Virus record (IMG/VR): IMGVR_UViG_3300048598_000287
Coordinates: 64,001-128,000 of that record
DNA length: 64,000 nt
Direction: 5' to 3' (one strand)
DNA from: a virus
Lineage: Duplodnaviria > Caudoviricetes
In this document: positions 46,866-57,670 of the stretch, piece after piece
Layout of the letters: every line of letters starts with the position of its first letter
How positions within the stretch are numbered: the stretch's first letter is position 1
The notes under the pieces: model-generated
Told to the model about the DNA's origin: nothing
Databases searched by the model: none
Seen by the model: the letters and a program-made list of their open reading frames with translations, nothing else
Translations under genes and position numbers: made by a program

Positions 46866-48846
46866 TAGGATTATATAACTGGACGCCAATGCGTTTAGAG
46901 AACAATCCGCATGATTTTTTACCGGAATTATCATTCTTCTCGGGTCCTATGAAAATATAGTCCGGTGCCTTTATGTGCTCCTTTATAAGGGAAACCCATT
47001 TGGTGAATCCTATATCACTCATTTCATCAGGAGTTCCTTCCCAATGTTCGTATTTTTTACCGAACGGAGGGCACGCTATCACCGTTTTGTCCGTATGTAT
47101 AATTCCGGCAAGTACATCCCGTTCAGTCCATCCATACCATGAACAGAATAGCGGATTTATATCATATGCCTCGATTTTCCCATCAGGAGTAATCCCACGC
47201 GAAGTGAACCATTCTCTTACCCCTGAGACAATTCCGCCGAATCCTGACATAGGGCAATATACCCCGTTTGACAAATCCTTTCCGGACTGCTCTATTATTT
47301 TTAACAAATCCAGACTTCTTAACGCAGTAACTTTTGGCGCAATTTTAGCAATGGTGAAACGAGCAAGAACAAGTTTATCAATATCAGACTTTTCACCGCG
47401 GGCAAATTTTATAAGTTCAAATATATGATGCACGCAAAATGCCCGATATTTACCTGTTTCCAATGAATAATTCAGAATCTTAAGCATATTATTTACCGCA
47501 TTTCGTAATGTTGCCTTATCTTTCCATGCCGCATAAGGGGATTTATATCCAGGAACGAAACTTCTCCATATAGGATGCGCAGCCGGCCATTTATGAGTTC
47601 CTGGAAATGGGGACCCAATGCAATGATCCACTATAACGTCGGCGGTTACATTTATTTTGGCAATGAAATTTATCAATGTCTCACATAATTCGCCATCGAC
47701 AAGTTCCACGTTATTTTCCTTTATGCACAGTAATTTGGAATTTTCCTTAGTTTCTGGAATTGACATAAGATGAAGAAGATATGAATTTTTTATGTCTATT
47801 ATGCGGGTCCCAATCAAAAAATCAGGAAAATAAAAATGTTGCGTTCCATTGAAAAAATATTGAAACTTAATCTTAGGGTGATATTCAAATGATATTCCTA
47901 AATATTTAAGTATATTGTAAAATTTTACCTCATATAAAGAATCGAACGTTAGCCCATCAAATTTTACCTTATGCCATTTTCTGCTATTGAATTCTATTGT
48001 CTGAGAATACGATTTTACACCGAACCTTTCCATGTTGGTGCTTTGCATCTTTTGAATATTATGATAATACCGGTCACCATATTTCTTTTCGCATGTTGCG
48101 TACTGACCACGATCACGCATATCAGGAGAGGACCAATTATGAGGATAACCAAAACGAGCAATGCATGTATTTCTAATACGTTTCCTTATTTTTATCTTGT
48201 CTTCGTTATTAATATTGCGCAGTCCTGAAGATACTTTATCACGGTTTTCTTGAACATTCATTGCATTATTATCGGAATGTAATTTGCATAAACATTCACT
48301 GGATCCACACGTCATTTGAAATTTGAATGATTCAAATTTCCTTTTATTTCCACAATATGGGCACGAATGATCAGTCTTATCTATATATTTTTCAAAATAT
48401 GTCAAATGATCAACTTCAGGATGAACCTCAGATAGATGCTGACTAAGTTTATTGAGAGATTTATATCCCTTCCCGCATATTGAACATGTGAACTTATTCA
48501 TTTCAGCTGAATGTCTTACATAGTCTTCATATTTCTCAATGCTTCCATATTTTTTAATGTGCCGACGGGTTTCGGCATCCTTTGATGCCATAGATTTTCC
48601 ATACAATTTTCTCATGGTGTCATGCTGGAGCTTTCTTACGCATGATTCACTGCCGCATGTCTCCTTATATACGCCATGAGAAAATTCATTCTGCTTGCCG
48701 CAATATATACATACATGAGTACGTCCTGGTGCAACATACGTGTCATAATAGATTTTATAATCAATCTTATGAGTACGTTGCACATGATTTACAAGGCCCC
48801 CTAGGAGCGAATAGTCATTTCCGCATATTAAACATTTACATGGCAT
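46852..48846 (-). CDS. Zinc-finger / PD-(D/E)XK endonuclease / methyltransferase-like fusion protein
   Basis: 2x (C2H2 + CxxC..CxxxxC), T..E(R/K)(F/Y)G repeats, DS.YE...YFPDF...IDIK, then VYCPMSGFGG...YDIN...ACPPF. Confidence 0.65.
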   Translation of the reverse strand: MPCKCLICGNDYSLLGGLVNHVQRTHKIDYKIYYDTYVAPGRTHVCIYCGKQNEFSHGVYKETCGSESCVRKLQHDTMRKLYGKSMASKDAETRRHIKKYGSIEKYEDYVRHSAEMNKFTCSICGKGYKSLNKLSQHLSEVHPEVDHLTYFEKYIDKTDHSCPYCGNKRKFESFKFQMTCGSSECLCKLHSDNNAMNVQENRDKVSSGLRNINNEDKIKIRKRIRNTCIARFGYPHNWSSPDMRDRGQYATCEKKYGDRYYHNIQKMQSTNMERFGVKSYSQTIEFNSRKWHKVKFDGLTFDSLYEVKFYNILKYLGISFEYHPKIKFQYFFNGTQHFYFPDFLIGTRIIDIKNSYLLHLMSIPETKENSKLLCIKENNVELVDGELCETLINFIAKINVTADVIVDHCIGSPFPGTHKWPAAHPIWRSFVPGYKSPYAAWKDKATLRNAVNNMLKILNYSLETGKYRAFCVHHIFELIKFARGEKSDIDKLVLARFTIAKIAPKVTALRSLDLLKIIEQSGKDLSNGVYCPMSGFGGIVSGVREWFTSRGITPDGKIEAYDINPLFCSWYGWTERDVLAGIIHTDKTVIACPPFGKKYEHWEGTPDEMSDIGFTKWVSLIKEHIKAPDYIFIGPEKNDNSGKKSCGLFSKRIGVQLYNPINHG

Positions 48847-48898
48847 AGTCCAAATATACAAAAAAACAGAAGAAAACACATGGATTAGTTTATTTTTA

Positions 48899-51412
48899 TC
48901 AAATATTTACCCTATTTTTTAGCTCGTTCAGCTTTCCGTCATTCCAGCTTTTCGTAATTGATTTACGAGGAGACCCACTTAAATATCCTGTTATTCTTCT
49001 TACACGGACGATATAATTTTCATCAGTATTTCCGCACTTTGGGCAGGCACCGTTAATTACGCCATGGAAATGGCATACCTTACCAGTGTCATCCATATGT
49101 ACACACGTGTCGCTATCCATTGTCACGGTGAAATATCCTAGGTCATGTTCATACATATAATTCATGCATTTTTCCACCCCATCGATATTTTTGCTGAGGT
49201 CGCCATCTATCTTGTAATAGAATATATGACCTGCATTTGTCATTTCATGGAACGGCGCTTCCCACTTGACCTTGTTCTCCAGTGTTGTTTTTACATCGAA
49301 CGGAAGCATATGCGAATTAGTGTAGTATCCCTTTCCGAACAGTTGAAACATATCAACGTCCTTTAGCTTAGGATTCTTTTCGAACTGATGCTTGTCTATG
49401 TTGCAGAATCTTCCTGCCGTAGCCTCGGCAGGAGTGGCGAAACAGCTCCAGTTAAGATGAGTTTCCTTCTGTGTCTTTACACAGAAATTATATATACGTC
49501 TGACAATGTCTTCGCCAAGCGGTTTTATGGATTCATCAGTTCCCAATGTCTTACCGGTAAGCAGAAGTATGGTTTCATACAGTCCGATATACCCTATGCT
49601 AAGGGTTCCCTGCTTCAATATCTCGCCGATATGGTCATGAATATCATGCGGTTTATCATCCGAAGTAAGATACAGTCCCTGCTGCATGGTGAACGGGAAA
49701 TTTTCATACATTTTATTTGATATCAAGTTAAATCTATCAATAAGTGATTTCTTGACCGCGTCCAGCATGTAATCAAGCTTTTCATAAAATATTTTTATTC
49801 GTCCATCTTCGGAATCGGAGGCGATATGCGCCTCTATCGCAAGCTTTGGCAGATTAAGCGTATGAAAAGCCAGGTTTCCCCTGCCCACCGTCTGTTCCGG
49901 CCCGTTTATATTGCCTATTACTCTTGTACGGCATCCCATGGTAGATACGGTGCTTTCTGGAATTATACGTTGCAGTTTTCTCTTGCATATCTGCCAGTAT
50001 TTTCCATTGACATTAACTTCCCATCTTGGGTATGTATCGTTTTCATGTTCAATGGAAGAATACTTAGCCATATCATCTGATCCTATCTTCTTTACCATCG
50101 TATCAGGGGAAAGGATGAATTCGGCATTATACTCATATCTGATATATTGAGCGTTGAATTTATTATCTACGCCAACGGCATTAGGGTAAAATCTTCTGGC
50201 AAGGCAGATTATGGCTTCATGCCTTAGATCATAATTAGGATCATCCTTGAGATAAGACACTCCCCTCATATATTTGAATATGAGGATAGGAAAAATCGCG
50301 GTGAGTCCATCCCCAAGGCCAGCCATCTGAGCTTTTATAAGATTATGTGAAAGCATTCTTCCACAAATAGACGTGTCCAATCCGAAGTTCAGGCTGGAAA
50401 AAGGAACCTGGTTTCCTGATCTGCTTTGCAGGGAATTGAGATTATGAATTAAGCCTTCCATCGCCTGATATGTGTCATCATCCGTTTTTCTTACTGCGGC
50501 GATAACCTGAGCCTTTCCGTATTTCGCATACATATTACGCTGACCGTCATCCAGCGACACGCCGGACTTTTTAAGTTCAGCCTTAATCTTTTTCTTATGG
50601 GCTTCTTCGTCATACGTTTCGTCAAGGTCAGCATATTCAGGAAGAGTGTATCTTTCCTTAGCGGCCATTTCTCCGGCAAGATTATCAATGAAGCTCATGT
50701 TAACGAAAGGGGCAAGCTCGAAGTCGAGATTAGTCGAAGCTATTCCGCCGAACTGCTGATTTGACTGAAGCTGAAGAATCACCGCGGTTATCTGGGCGGC
50801 GGTCTTTATATTGCTTGGATTACGGATGAATCCTGTCCCGCTGTCGAATCCATGAGAAAGAAGCTTACTGATGGGTGCGAAAAGACAATTGAACGTAAGG
50901 TCATACATGTTCAGGTCATGAATATGCATATATCCTTTAGTATGAAGCTCCGCAGTCTTTCGGTCAATGATATTGAGAAGGTCATACACCTTATTCGTCT
51001 CGGAGGCGATCTTTGCATATGCCCCTGCGGGAGTATTTCCTGCCTCGTTAGCGTTATCACGGAGGATGTTCGAGGATTTGATATCAGATTCCTTGATTTC
51101 CTTGATTGTGCTTATTATCTTGCTCTTTGTGTCGCGTACCCGATTACGCTCATTCCTGTACAGGATGAAATTCTTAGCTACCTCTGGGTATCCTTTCATT
51201 AGGACCGCTTCCACGGTATCCTGTATATGCTCTACGCCTATATTGTTCTTTTCATAGGTTTCAAGAGATTCGCATACCTTATCGGTGAGTGATTCAAGAA
51301 TATCGTCATCGGCGATTTTTTGCGTTGCTGCAAAAGCGTTCTTTATAGCATTAAGTATTTTACTTGGGTTGAACTTCCTTCTTCTTCCATCTCTCTTAAT
51401 TACGTTCTTCAT
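48899..51412 (-). CDS. nrdD: Anaerobic ribonucleoside-triphosphate reductase (class III) with ATP cone
   Basis: VIKRDG ATP cone, HIHD, MGCR, ATPAE, YYTNS, RRITGYL. Confidence 0.95.
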   Translation of the reverse strand: MKNVIKRDGRRRKFNPSKILNAIKNAFAATQKIADDDILESLTDKVCESLETYEKNNIGVEHIQDTVEAVLMKGYPEVAKNFILYRNERNRVRDTKSKIISTIKEIKESDIKSSNILRDNANEAGNTPAGAYAKIASETNKVYDLLNIIDRKTAELHTKGYMHIHDLNMYDLTFNCLFAPISKLLSHGFDSGTGFIRNPSNIKTAAQITAVILQLQSNQQFGGIASTNLDFELAPFVNMSFIDNLAGEMAAKERYTLPEYADLDETYDEEAHKKKIKAELKKSGVSLDDGQRNMYAKYGKAQVIAAVRKTDDDTYQAMEGLIHNLNSLQSRSGNQVPFSSLNFGLDTSICGRMLSHNLIKAQMAGLGDGLTAIFPILIFKYMRGVSYLKDDPNYDLRHEAIICLARRFYPNAVGVDNKFNAQYIRYEYNAEFILSPDTMVKKIGSDDMAKYSSIEHENDTYPRWEVNVNGKYWQICKRKLQRIIPESTVSTMGCRTRVIGNINGPEQTVGRGNLAFHTLNLPKLAIEAHIASDSEDGRIKIFYEKLDYMLDAVKKSLIDRFNLISNKMYENFPFTMQQGLYLTSDDKPHDIHDHIGEILKQGTLSIGYIGLYETILLLTGKTLGTDESIKPLGEDIVRRIYNFCVKTQKETHLNWSCFATPAEATAGRFCNIDKHQFEKNPKLKDVDMFQLFGKGYYTNSHMLPFDVKTTLENKVKWEAPFHEMTNAGHIFYYKIDGDLSKNIDGVEKCMNYMYEHDLGYFTVTMDSDTCVHMDDTGKVCHFHGVINGACPKCGNTDENYIVRVRRITGYLSGSPRKSITKSWNDGKLNELKNRVNI

Positions 51413-51497
51413 TATGTTTCCTTATTGTGCGATTAAGTTTATCTTCCGATATATGAGTATATCCGCTATTTTCCAAATATTAATTGATATTTTTAAA

Positions 51498-53099
51498 TTA
51501 CACGATGATTCCGGCCTGACCTCTATGAACATCCGAAGATTTGCCGTCGGATGGATGATCGAAATACCCGTTCTTAGTTTTCAGATTGGCATGCTGTATC
51601 GACGATATCCGGTCATCTATAGCAGCTTTCATGTCGGATATGAGCGTTTCCTGGTTCCCGTCTGAAAGATATATTAAATCATCTATGATTCCTGCTATGT
51701 GAGCATGGGTGAAATTATTAGCTATGCATTTGTTTATAACTTCGACAAGGCATTCATTTTTCAGAGATATGACGGAAGGCATTTCAATTCCGGCATTGTC
51801 ATATCGTTTCCGCATTATATCAAATACGACTTCCTTCGTCCTTGGATTATCTATATATATTATCTTGTCAGTCCTTCCAGGACGGGTAGTTATGGAAGAA
51901 TGAACCCGGGTAGGTTCATTTACCGTCATTATGGTTATCCCGCTATAAGCTGTACGGATATCCTTGCCATCCATGCATTCTATGAATGCCGACGTTTTCG
52001 CTGATTTTTCGCTTAAATTAAGTGCATCTATGTCATCGAATATGCATATTGACTTGGGAAAGAAATGAAGCGTTTTGAACACTTCGCGAATGGCGGAGGT
52101 CGTAAGGGAAGAAGAATCCACCCAGAATATGGGAATGTCAGTGAAATGTTCGACCATCTTCTGTATAGATGCCGTTTTCCCCGTTCCAGGATCTCCTATG
52201 AACATATACCCGCGATGCTTCCCTATGGAAAGGCATTTCTTCATTTCGCCAATTACCCCGTCCATGTCAAAGTTGTTTATCGCAAATGGAATAACGGTAC
52301 GGGGAATGGCCTGCATATCACCGAACGGATCAAGCTTTATATAATTTTGAGAAACATCTAAGCATTCCACATAATTCCGAAGCGCTATCATAATGATTGA
52401 TTGTGATATGTCGTGGATGACGTTTGCATCCATTTCATTTACTATGTCATCCTCAGTAACTTGGTAAGCTTTGAAGGCGATTACAAATTCTCCCTTAGAA
52501 GATGCCGCAGAAGTGACCTTATCGCTAGCATTGCTATTGAAATATACGCAACGGACAAAAAGTTCAGATCCCTTGAACACCTCTATGTCTCCATTATACT
52601 GAAGCACATAATTTACCCGTACATCAGTGTTTTTATCACTCCTATCGTATTCAATCTTCTTTATGGCAAAATTTCCACGGGATTCCAATGCACGTATATT
52701 TTCCGCAAAAAGACGGGTCACTTCTGAATTCAGTGCAAAATCACTTATATCAAGTTCATCCACATTATTTACAGGTAGGTATTTCATGATATAGTCGAAT
52801 TGTGTAGTTGCGATGAGATTCTTTTTGGTGAGCGTTCCCTCTATCTCCGATATGAACTTCGTTGATTTAAGGCAAATAAGGCCAAGATCACTGAGTTTAC
52901 GATATACACTTCCGGGAGAAGATGCCCGGTGAAGTATTTCGAATAGATCTGAAAGATTGCTGTTTATTTTCCCTGATATGTTGCCTGAATTACCATGCAG
53001 TACGCTTTTAATCCAGTCTATTTTTTCCAGTATTGTGTATCCGGCCCAGGTCTCGACCGGAGTAAAATCTATTTTAAACTGCTGCTTGTCCTTAGCCAT
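51498..53099 (-). CDS. AAA+ ATPase
   Basis: RGYMFIGDPGTGKT, IFDDID, TVN, RPGR.D. Confidence 0.85.
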   Translation of the reverse strand: MAKDKQQFKIDFTPVETWAGYTILEKIDWIKSVLHGNSGNISGKINSNLSDLFEILHRASSPGSVYRKLSDLGLICLKSTKFISEIEGTLTKKNLIATTQFDYIMKYLPVNNVDELDISDFALNSEVTRLFAENIRALESRGNFAIKKIEYDRSDKNTDVRVNYVLQYNGDIEVFKGSELFVRCVYFNSNASDKVTSAASSKGEFVIAFKAYQVTEDDIVNEMDANVIHDISQSIIMIALRNYVECLDVSQNYIKLDPFGDMQAIPRTVIPFAINNFDMDGVIGEMKKCLSIGKHRGYMFIGDPGTGKTASIQKMVEHFTDIPIFWVDSSSLTTSAIREVFKTLHFFPKSICIFDDIDALNLSEKSAKTSAFIECMDGKDIRTAYSGITIMTVNEPTRVHSSITTRPGRTDKIIYIDNPRTKEVVFDIMRKRYDNAGIEMPSVISLKNECLVEVINKCIANNFTHAHIAGIIDDLIYLSDGNQETLISDMKAAIDDRISSIQHANLKTKNGYFDHPSDGKSSDVHRGQAGIIV

Positions 53100-53119
53100 T
53101 GATTGCTCCGTAGAAAATT

Positions 53120-53479
53120 TTACTCTTCATCACCATCGGATTTCTCACCCTCTGTGTATTCATTTCCATCATCCGACTTCGTACCAGGTAGGTCATTTCC
53201 GTCAAACCGGACATTTACTTCACGGACGCATCCGAACCGGCACATGCGGTATACAATATATGCCATTCTATATACGATATACAATATAACTCCGGCAAGC
53301 ATGAACTTATATGCCCGTTCAAGCTTCTTTGAATCACCGAAAAAGTCCTTTACGGCTCCGAATATGCCCAAAAGGTCAAAAATTGAAGAAAATACTGATT
53401 TCATGGCAATCCTGTTAATGAGTTGCCTTAAATATACCTTTTTAACGGATGATTCCAAAGGGAATACCATTTTTTTCAA
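53120..53479 (-). CDS. Small membrane protein (start possibly 53404)
   Basis: One TM helix, acidic tail, upstream of the ATPase. Confidence 0.5.
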   Translation of the reverse strand: MKKMVFPLESSVKKVYLRQLINRIAMKSVFSSIFDLLGIFGAVKDFFGDSKKLERAYKFMLAGVILYIVYRMAYIVYRMCRFGCVREVNVRFDGNDLPGTKSDDGNEYTEGEKSDGDEE

Positions 53480-53492
53480 AAAAATGCACCCA

Positions 53493-53501
53493 TATAAACT
53501 T
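53493..53501 (+). promoter_or_regulatory. Putative late promoter TATAAACTT
   Basis: Directly upstream of the tail sheath gene. Confidence 0.65.
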
Positions 53502-53533
53502 TAGCATGAAGTGAACCAAGATATGAGGATATT

Positions 53534-56500
53534 ATGGCAACAAGAGGAAGTCCCGGAGTAGCGATAAAAATCGAGGATTATTCAGGGTATTCTTTCATAG
53601 ACAATCCGTCAGTTATAGGCGGAGTTGTTGGATTTTCTTCCCGCGGCGAATTTAACAAGATCATTAAAATAACTAACACGTCCGTTCAGGACACGGTGCT
53701 TGGGCTTGGATATAATCAGCCTAAGTACAACATGGGCATGTATGCCACCAGAGCCGTCCTTAATAACGGCGGGCATGTGCATTTCGTGCGTCCGTATGGA
53801 GAACAGGTAGACAAGACTGATTCATATCAGTCCGACCTTAAATCCGATGCGTTCGTTGTCGCATTTGACCGCGGAGCGTCGAGAAGCGATTACGTAGATA
53901 AATCAGGACTTGGAAACACGTCCCTTGACATACGGCATTTCGCTGCCACGCGATATGTGTCGGATGGATTCAGCGGATTCGGCGGAAAGCGGAAGATCAA
54001 CACCATCCAGGAAGCTATTTCCACGGGTTCTAACGTTGATTTTCAGCTCACCGCAGGTGAGGAATTCAATGAAGATGGAAAAGACAGCGATGTACGGTCA
54101 GACACCAATGCCGTCCTTTTCGCATTGGTAAATGCCGATCCTACTGCCTCCATACGTGCAGCAGATAAGTACACTGCTACGGTTAAGAAAAATTCCGTCG
54201 GCGTATCGGCAAACATCGTCACGCTGATATGCGATTCTGTCCCTTCATTCGAAGTCGGGGATATCATTTATTTCCCGACATCCGATTTCACTGAAGGAAA
54301 TGATTCCGCAGGGAAGGGGAAAACGGCGACGGTCACCAAGATATTGGATTTGACTGTCACCGCTGAATTCAGCGCACTGGATAACGGACTGGCCGACAAG
54401 TCTTCCGTTACATTCTACTGTAACAATGACGATACGACAACGGGAGTGGACTATCTTTCCGTAAAAACGGCGGTTGCCAACAGAGCTGTTAAAAAATATG
54501 GCGAAGCATCTATAAAAGATGTCAATGACATCAAGATGGGTGCTGCAATAGATTTCCTGAACACTGCTCATTCCACGCTAGCAACGCGAATATATGGACT
54601 TTCCACGACTGAAACCGTTACTCCGGCTGAAGTTAGTGGATCCACGGCAGAATTTACGTTCACTCCGGCAAATTCTGTATTGGAGCAGGGTGATGAGCTG
54701 ACGTTCACAATGGATACTATCCATAGTGTTACAGGAACAGTAACAGGATCATCATCGCCGTATACTGTAAGTACCGATCCTTCTATCGATCCGGCATTGA
54801 CCGTATCGTGTACTTACGGAACGCTAACGAGAAATATTGACGGAACCTACTCTCTTACAACGACAGAAACGCCAGCGTCTTCGATAACGCTTACGTATAC
54901 CGTTGAAGGCACCTTTACTGGAACAGTAAGTTCAATTACGACTTCCGATGTTGCTACAATCAGCATAACGGATTCCACCACTTACGCTGCCATAATGGCT
55001 GCCGGCGTTACAATAACCGGATATGAGATTACGTCCCTTGGAGATGATTCATATGACTCATCCGCTAAAATAGCAACGGTAGCAATTAATACTAACCGTC
55101 CCAAAATAGTTAATGCGCTGACTTTCAGCAATCCGTCTCTTGATGTTACAAGCAAGATCCTCACAGTTACATGCGATGGTGATATTGCAAGTAAACTAGA
55201 CAAGAATGACGCCGTGCTAGTTACAATAGGAGCAAGCACCGGCGAATATACTGGAATAACTGTGGCCACCCCAACAGCTGCAGGAACCAGAACGGTAACG
55301 GGAACTCAGGCATCTATACTTAACTCCGGAACTAGTAAGTATGATGTGACGGTTACTTTTACCTCCGCGATAACAGAACCTGGAGCAGTAGTAACAATAG
55401 GCGGGACAACTCTTACAAAAGAAACCAGCCTAGAATATACTTATGTATCGGATACAGCGGTTACTGGATCCGTTACTGCAACGGTGTCGTTTGAAACTTA
55501 TACGACGCTTACATTCACCGATGCCATATCCGGGGTTCCTTCGGCTATCAAGATAAGGGCAAGAGTCCAGGATGCTGATACAATATCCGTTGGTGATGTC
55601 ATAGAAACAGCCGCAAAGGATAAATATTACGTATCGGTGGTTACAGGATCCGGTGCAATAACACTTACCACATTGGCGGGTGCATCAATCGTAACGGAGA
55701 CCTCACTAGGTTCAACCGTGATTGATCTGACGGCAACGGTAGACAACATGCTTGCCGCATTCGAAAGCGAGGGCCTTGCAATAAACAGCTATGTCGGAGA
55801 GAATGCCACTGCGCTTACTGATCCGGCTGAAATAACAAAATATAACACCACGTCCACATTTGCAGTAAACGTTCCGGCAGGAACATCTACTAACTATTCG
55901 GTGGGAGACGTCGTCTTTTTCATGAAGAAAAAGGATAATTCCACGGATGACGGGACGTTCTCAATGGATGATATGTTCGAGGTGAAGTCAATCAATTCAT
56001 TCAAGGACATAGTGGTACTAAGCACATCTGGAGATGTTTCCGTAAAATTCGGATCCACCACCTCATGGAAGCTGGTAGACCTAACAGCGTCCAATGCAAC
56101 AATATGGGCATCTGGAACAGATGGACTGACTATAAGCATTCTCGGTGCATATAATCTCACCGTTCCGGCTAATGAACAGCTAGACGAATTCATTTCCAAT
56201 GATGACGTCATGTCGTTCACGTACACGGCGTATAACGACGGCATAATCCAGCGCACCGACAAGATAATGGTGAGCGATGACATAGGCATGTCATTCAACA
56301 ACATGGGGCTTGCCACGGTGAAGTATGAAGATGTTGATTTCAGCGGAACTTCGTCTCAGGTGTATGTGCTATCGGCAGAAGGAGATGCCATCGCCCGGAT
56401 GTATGTTTTCGTGACATATCATCTTAACGGCACCGATTATGAATTCGAAGGTACGATATCCCCATATGTGATGAATAAGACCACCAACCTCTATATCGGG

Positions 56501-57658
56501 TATGCTGCGGATTCCGCACTCACCGACACTGGAGTGAGGCTCCTTATAAATGATAGCGGAATACTGGACAACTTCCTCGTCAACAACGCATATGACCTTT
56601 CCCAGACGGTAAAGGACGGACATCTGGATTCAGTTACCACCATGCTCGCATATGATGAACGAGATCCGGCGATCATTTATGATGGAGTATGGAGCTATCT
56701 TCCTGCAAACAACAATGATACGGCGACGCTTTCCAATGCATGGAATCTGTTCCTTGACAAGGACGGCACCGACGTAAGCATGCTGATAGCGGCAGGGACT
56801 GACATATCCAATCTGTTCATGAAGAACAGAGAAACACTTAACGGAACGGTCATTTCCGCAATGCTGAATATATGTGAACTCAGAAAGGACTGCTTCGCGT
56901 TATTCGACGGCGTAGGAGAATCTAACATAGAGACTACTCTGAAGAAGATGATCGGCGCACAGGGATTCGGTATCAAGGGTCGCTGGGGAGCCATGTACGA
57001 CGGAAGAAACATATTCTATGACGGATATTACACTCTTATGAATGTGGAAATCGTCAAATCCATACTGCTGGCCTCCATAATAACCGCCAACGCGGCAAAC
57101 GGAATCTGGTGGCTTCCTCCGGCTGGCGAGACCAATGGGGTAATTCCTACCGAATGGGCGGTCACGGAGAAATATCCTAGATCATTCAAATATCCAGAAG
57201 ACACTACATCTGATATCGCTCGCCTGACATCCATACGGGTAAATCCGACTAGATACAATAGTCAAGGCATGTTCGTCTGGGGAGATTTCACGATGCAGAA
57301 GGAATCTTCCGCATTTGATCAGATACACGTCGCCATGCTAATCGCCGGCATCCATAAGATGGCCTACCATTATCTTGACAAGAAAGTATTCCAGCTAAAC
57401 ACGGCTACCCTCAGGACGAACATACAATCCGATCTTCAGGCTCAGCTGGACATGATCACCAAGTCAAACCCGGCGGGATTGTATTCCGGCGCTGTAATAT
57501 GCGACGACACCAACAATACTGCAGATATGATAGATAAGAATGAACTTCACGTAGATCTTAGGATTAAGCCGACGAAGACATCAAGATGGATCACCCTGAC
57601 CACAAAGGTGGAATCCACCGGAACGTCCAACACTCAAACCACTTCACTCTACGTGTAA
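53534..57658 (+). CDS. Contractile tail sheath protein with large Thr/Ser-rich insertion
   Basis: N-term SPGV.I..ED.S, GVVG.S.RG; C-term RKDC.A.FD, W.PPAG, RVNP, VWGD.T, CD.TNN..D.ID.NEL.VD..IKPTK. Confidence 0.92.
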   Translation: MATRGSPGVAIKIEDYSGYSFIDNPSVIGGVVGFSSRGEFNKIIKITNTSVQDTVLGLGYNQPKYNMGMYATRAVLNNGGHVHFVRPYGEQVDKTDSYQSDLKSDAFVVAFDRGASRSDYVDKSGLGNTSLDIRHFAATRYVSDGFSGFGGKRKINTIQEAISTGSNVDFQLTAGEEFNEDGKDSDVRSDTNAVLFALVNADPTASIRAADKYTATVKKNSVGVSANIVTLICDSVPSFEVGDIIYFPTSDFTEGNDSAGKGKTATVTKILDLTVTAEFSALDNGLADKSSVTFYCNNDDTTTGVDYLSVKTAVANRAVKKYGEASIKDVNDIKMGAAIDFLNTAHSTLATRIYGLSTTETVTPAEVSGSTAEFTFTPANSVLEQGDELTFTMDTIHSVTGTVTGSSSPYTVSTDPSIDPALTVSCTYGTLTRNIDGTYSLTTTETPASSITLTYTVEGTFTGTVSSITTSDVATISITDSTTYAAIMAAGVTITGYEITSLGDDSYDSSAKIATVAINTNRPKIVNALTFSNPSLDVTSKILTVTCDGDIASKLDKNDAVLVTIGASTGEYTGITVATPTAAGTRTVTGTQASILNSGTSKYDVTVTFTSAITEPGAVVTIGGTTLTKETSLEYTYVSDTAVTGSVTATVSFETYTTLTFTDAISGVPSAIKIRARVQDADTISVGDVIETAAKDKYYVSVVTGSGAITLTTLAGASIVTETSLGSTVIDLTATVDNMLAAFESEGLAINSYVGENATALTDPAEITKYNTTSTFAVNVPAGTSTNYSVGDVVFFMKKKDNSTDDGTFSMDDMFEVKSINSFKDIVVLSTSGDVSVKFGSTTSWKLVDLTASNATIWASGTDGLTISILGAYNLTVPANEQLDEFISNDDVMSFTYTAYNDGIIQRTDKIMVSDDIGMSFNNMGLATVKYEDVDFSGTSSQVYVLSAEGDAIARMYVFVTYHLNGTDYEFEGTISPYVMNKTTNLYIGYAADSALTDTGVRLLINDSGILDNFLVNNAYDLSQTVKDGHLDSVTTMLAYDERDPAIIYDGVWSYLPANNNDTATLSNAWNLFLDKDGTDVSMLIAAGTDISNLFMKNRETLNGTVISAMLNICELRKDCFALFDGVGESNIETTLKKMIGAQGFGIKGRWGAMYDGRNIFYDGYYTLMNVEIVKSILLASIITANAANGIWWLPPAGETNGVIPTEWAVTEKYPRSFKYPEDTTSDIARLTSIRVNPTRYNSQGMFVWGDFTMQKESSAFDQIHVAMLIAGIHKMAYHYLDKKVFQLNTATLRTNIQSDLQAQLDMITKSNPAGLYSGAVICDDTNNTADMIDKNELHVDLRIKPTKTSRWITLTTKVESTGTSNTQTTSLYV

Positions 57659-57670
57659 TGGAGGAATTTT

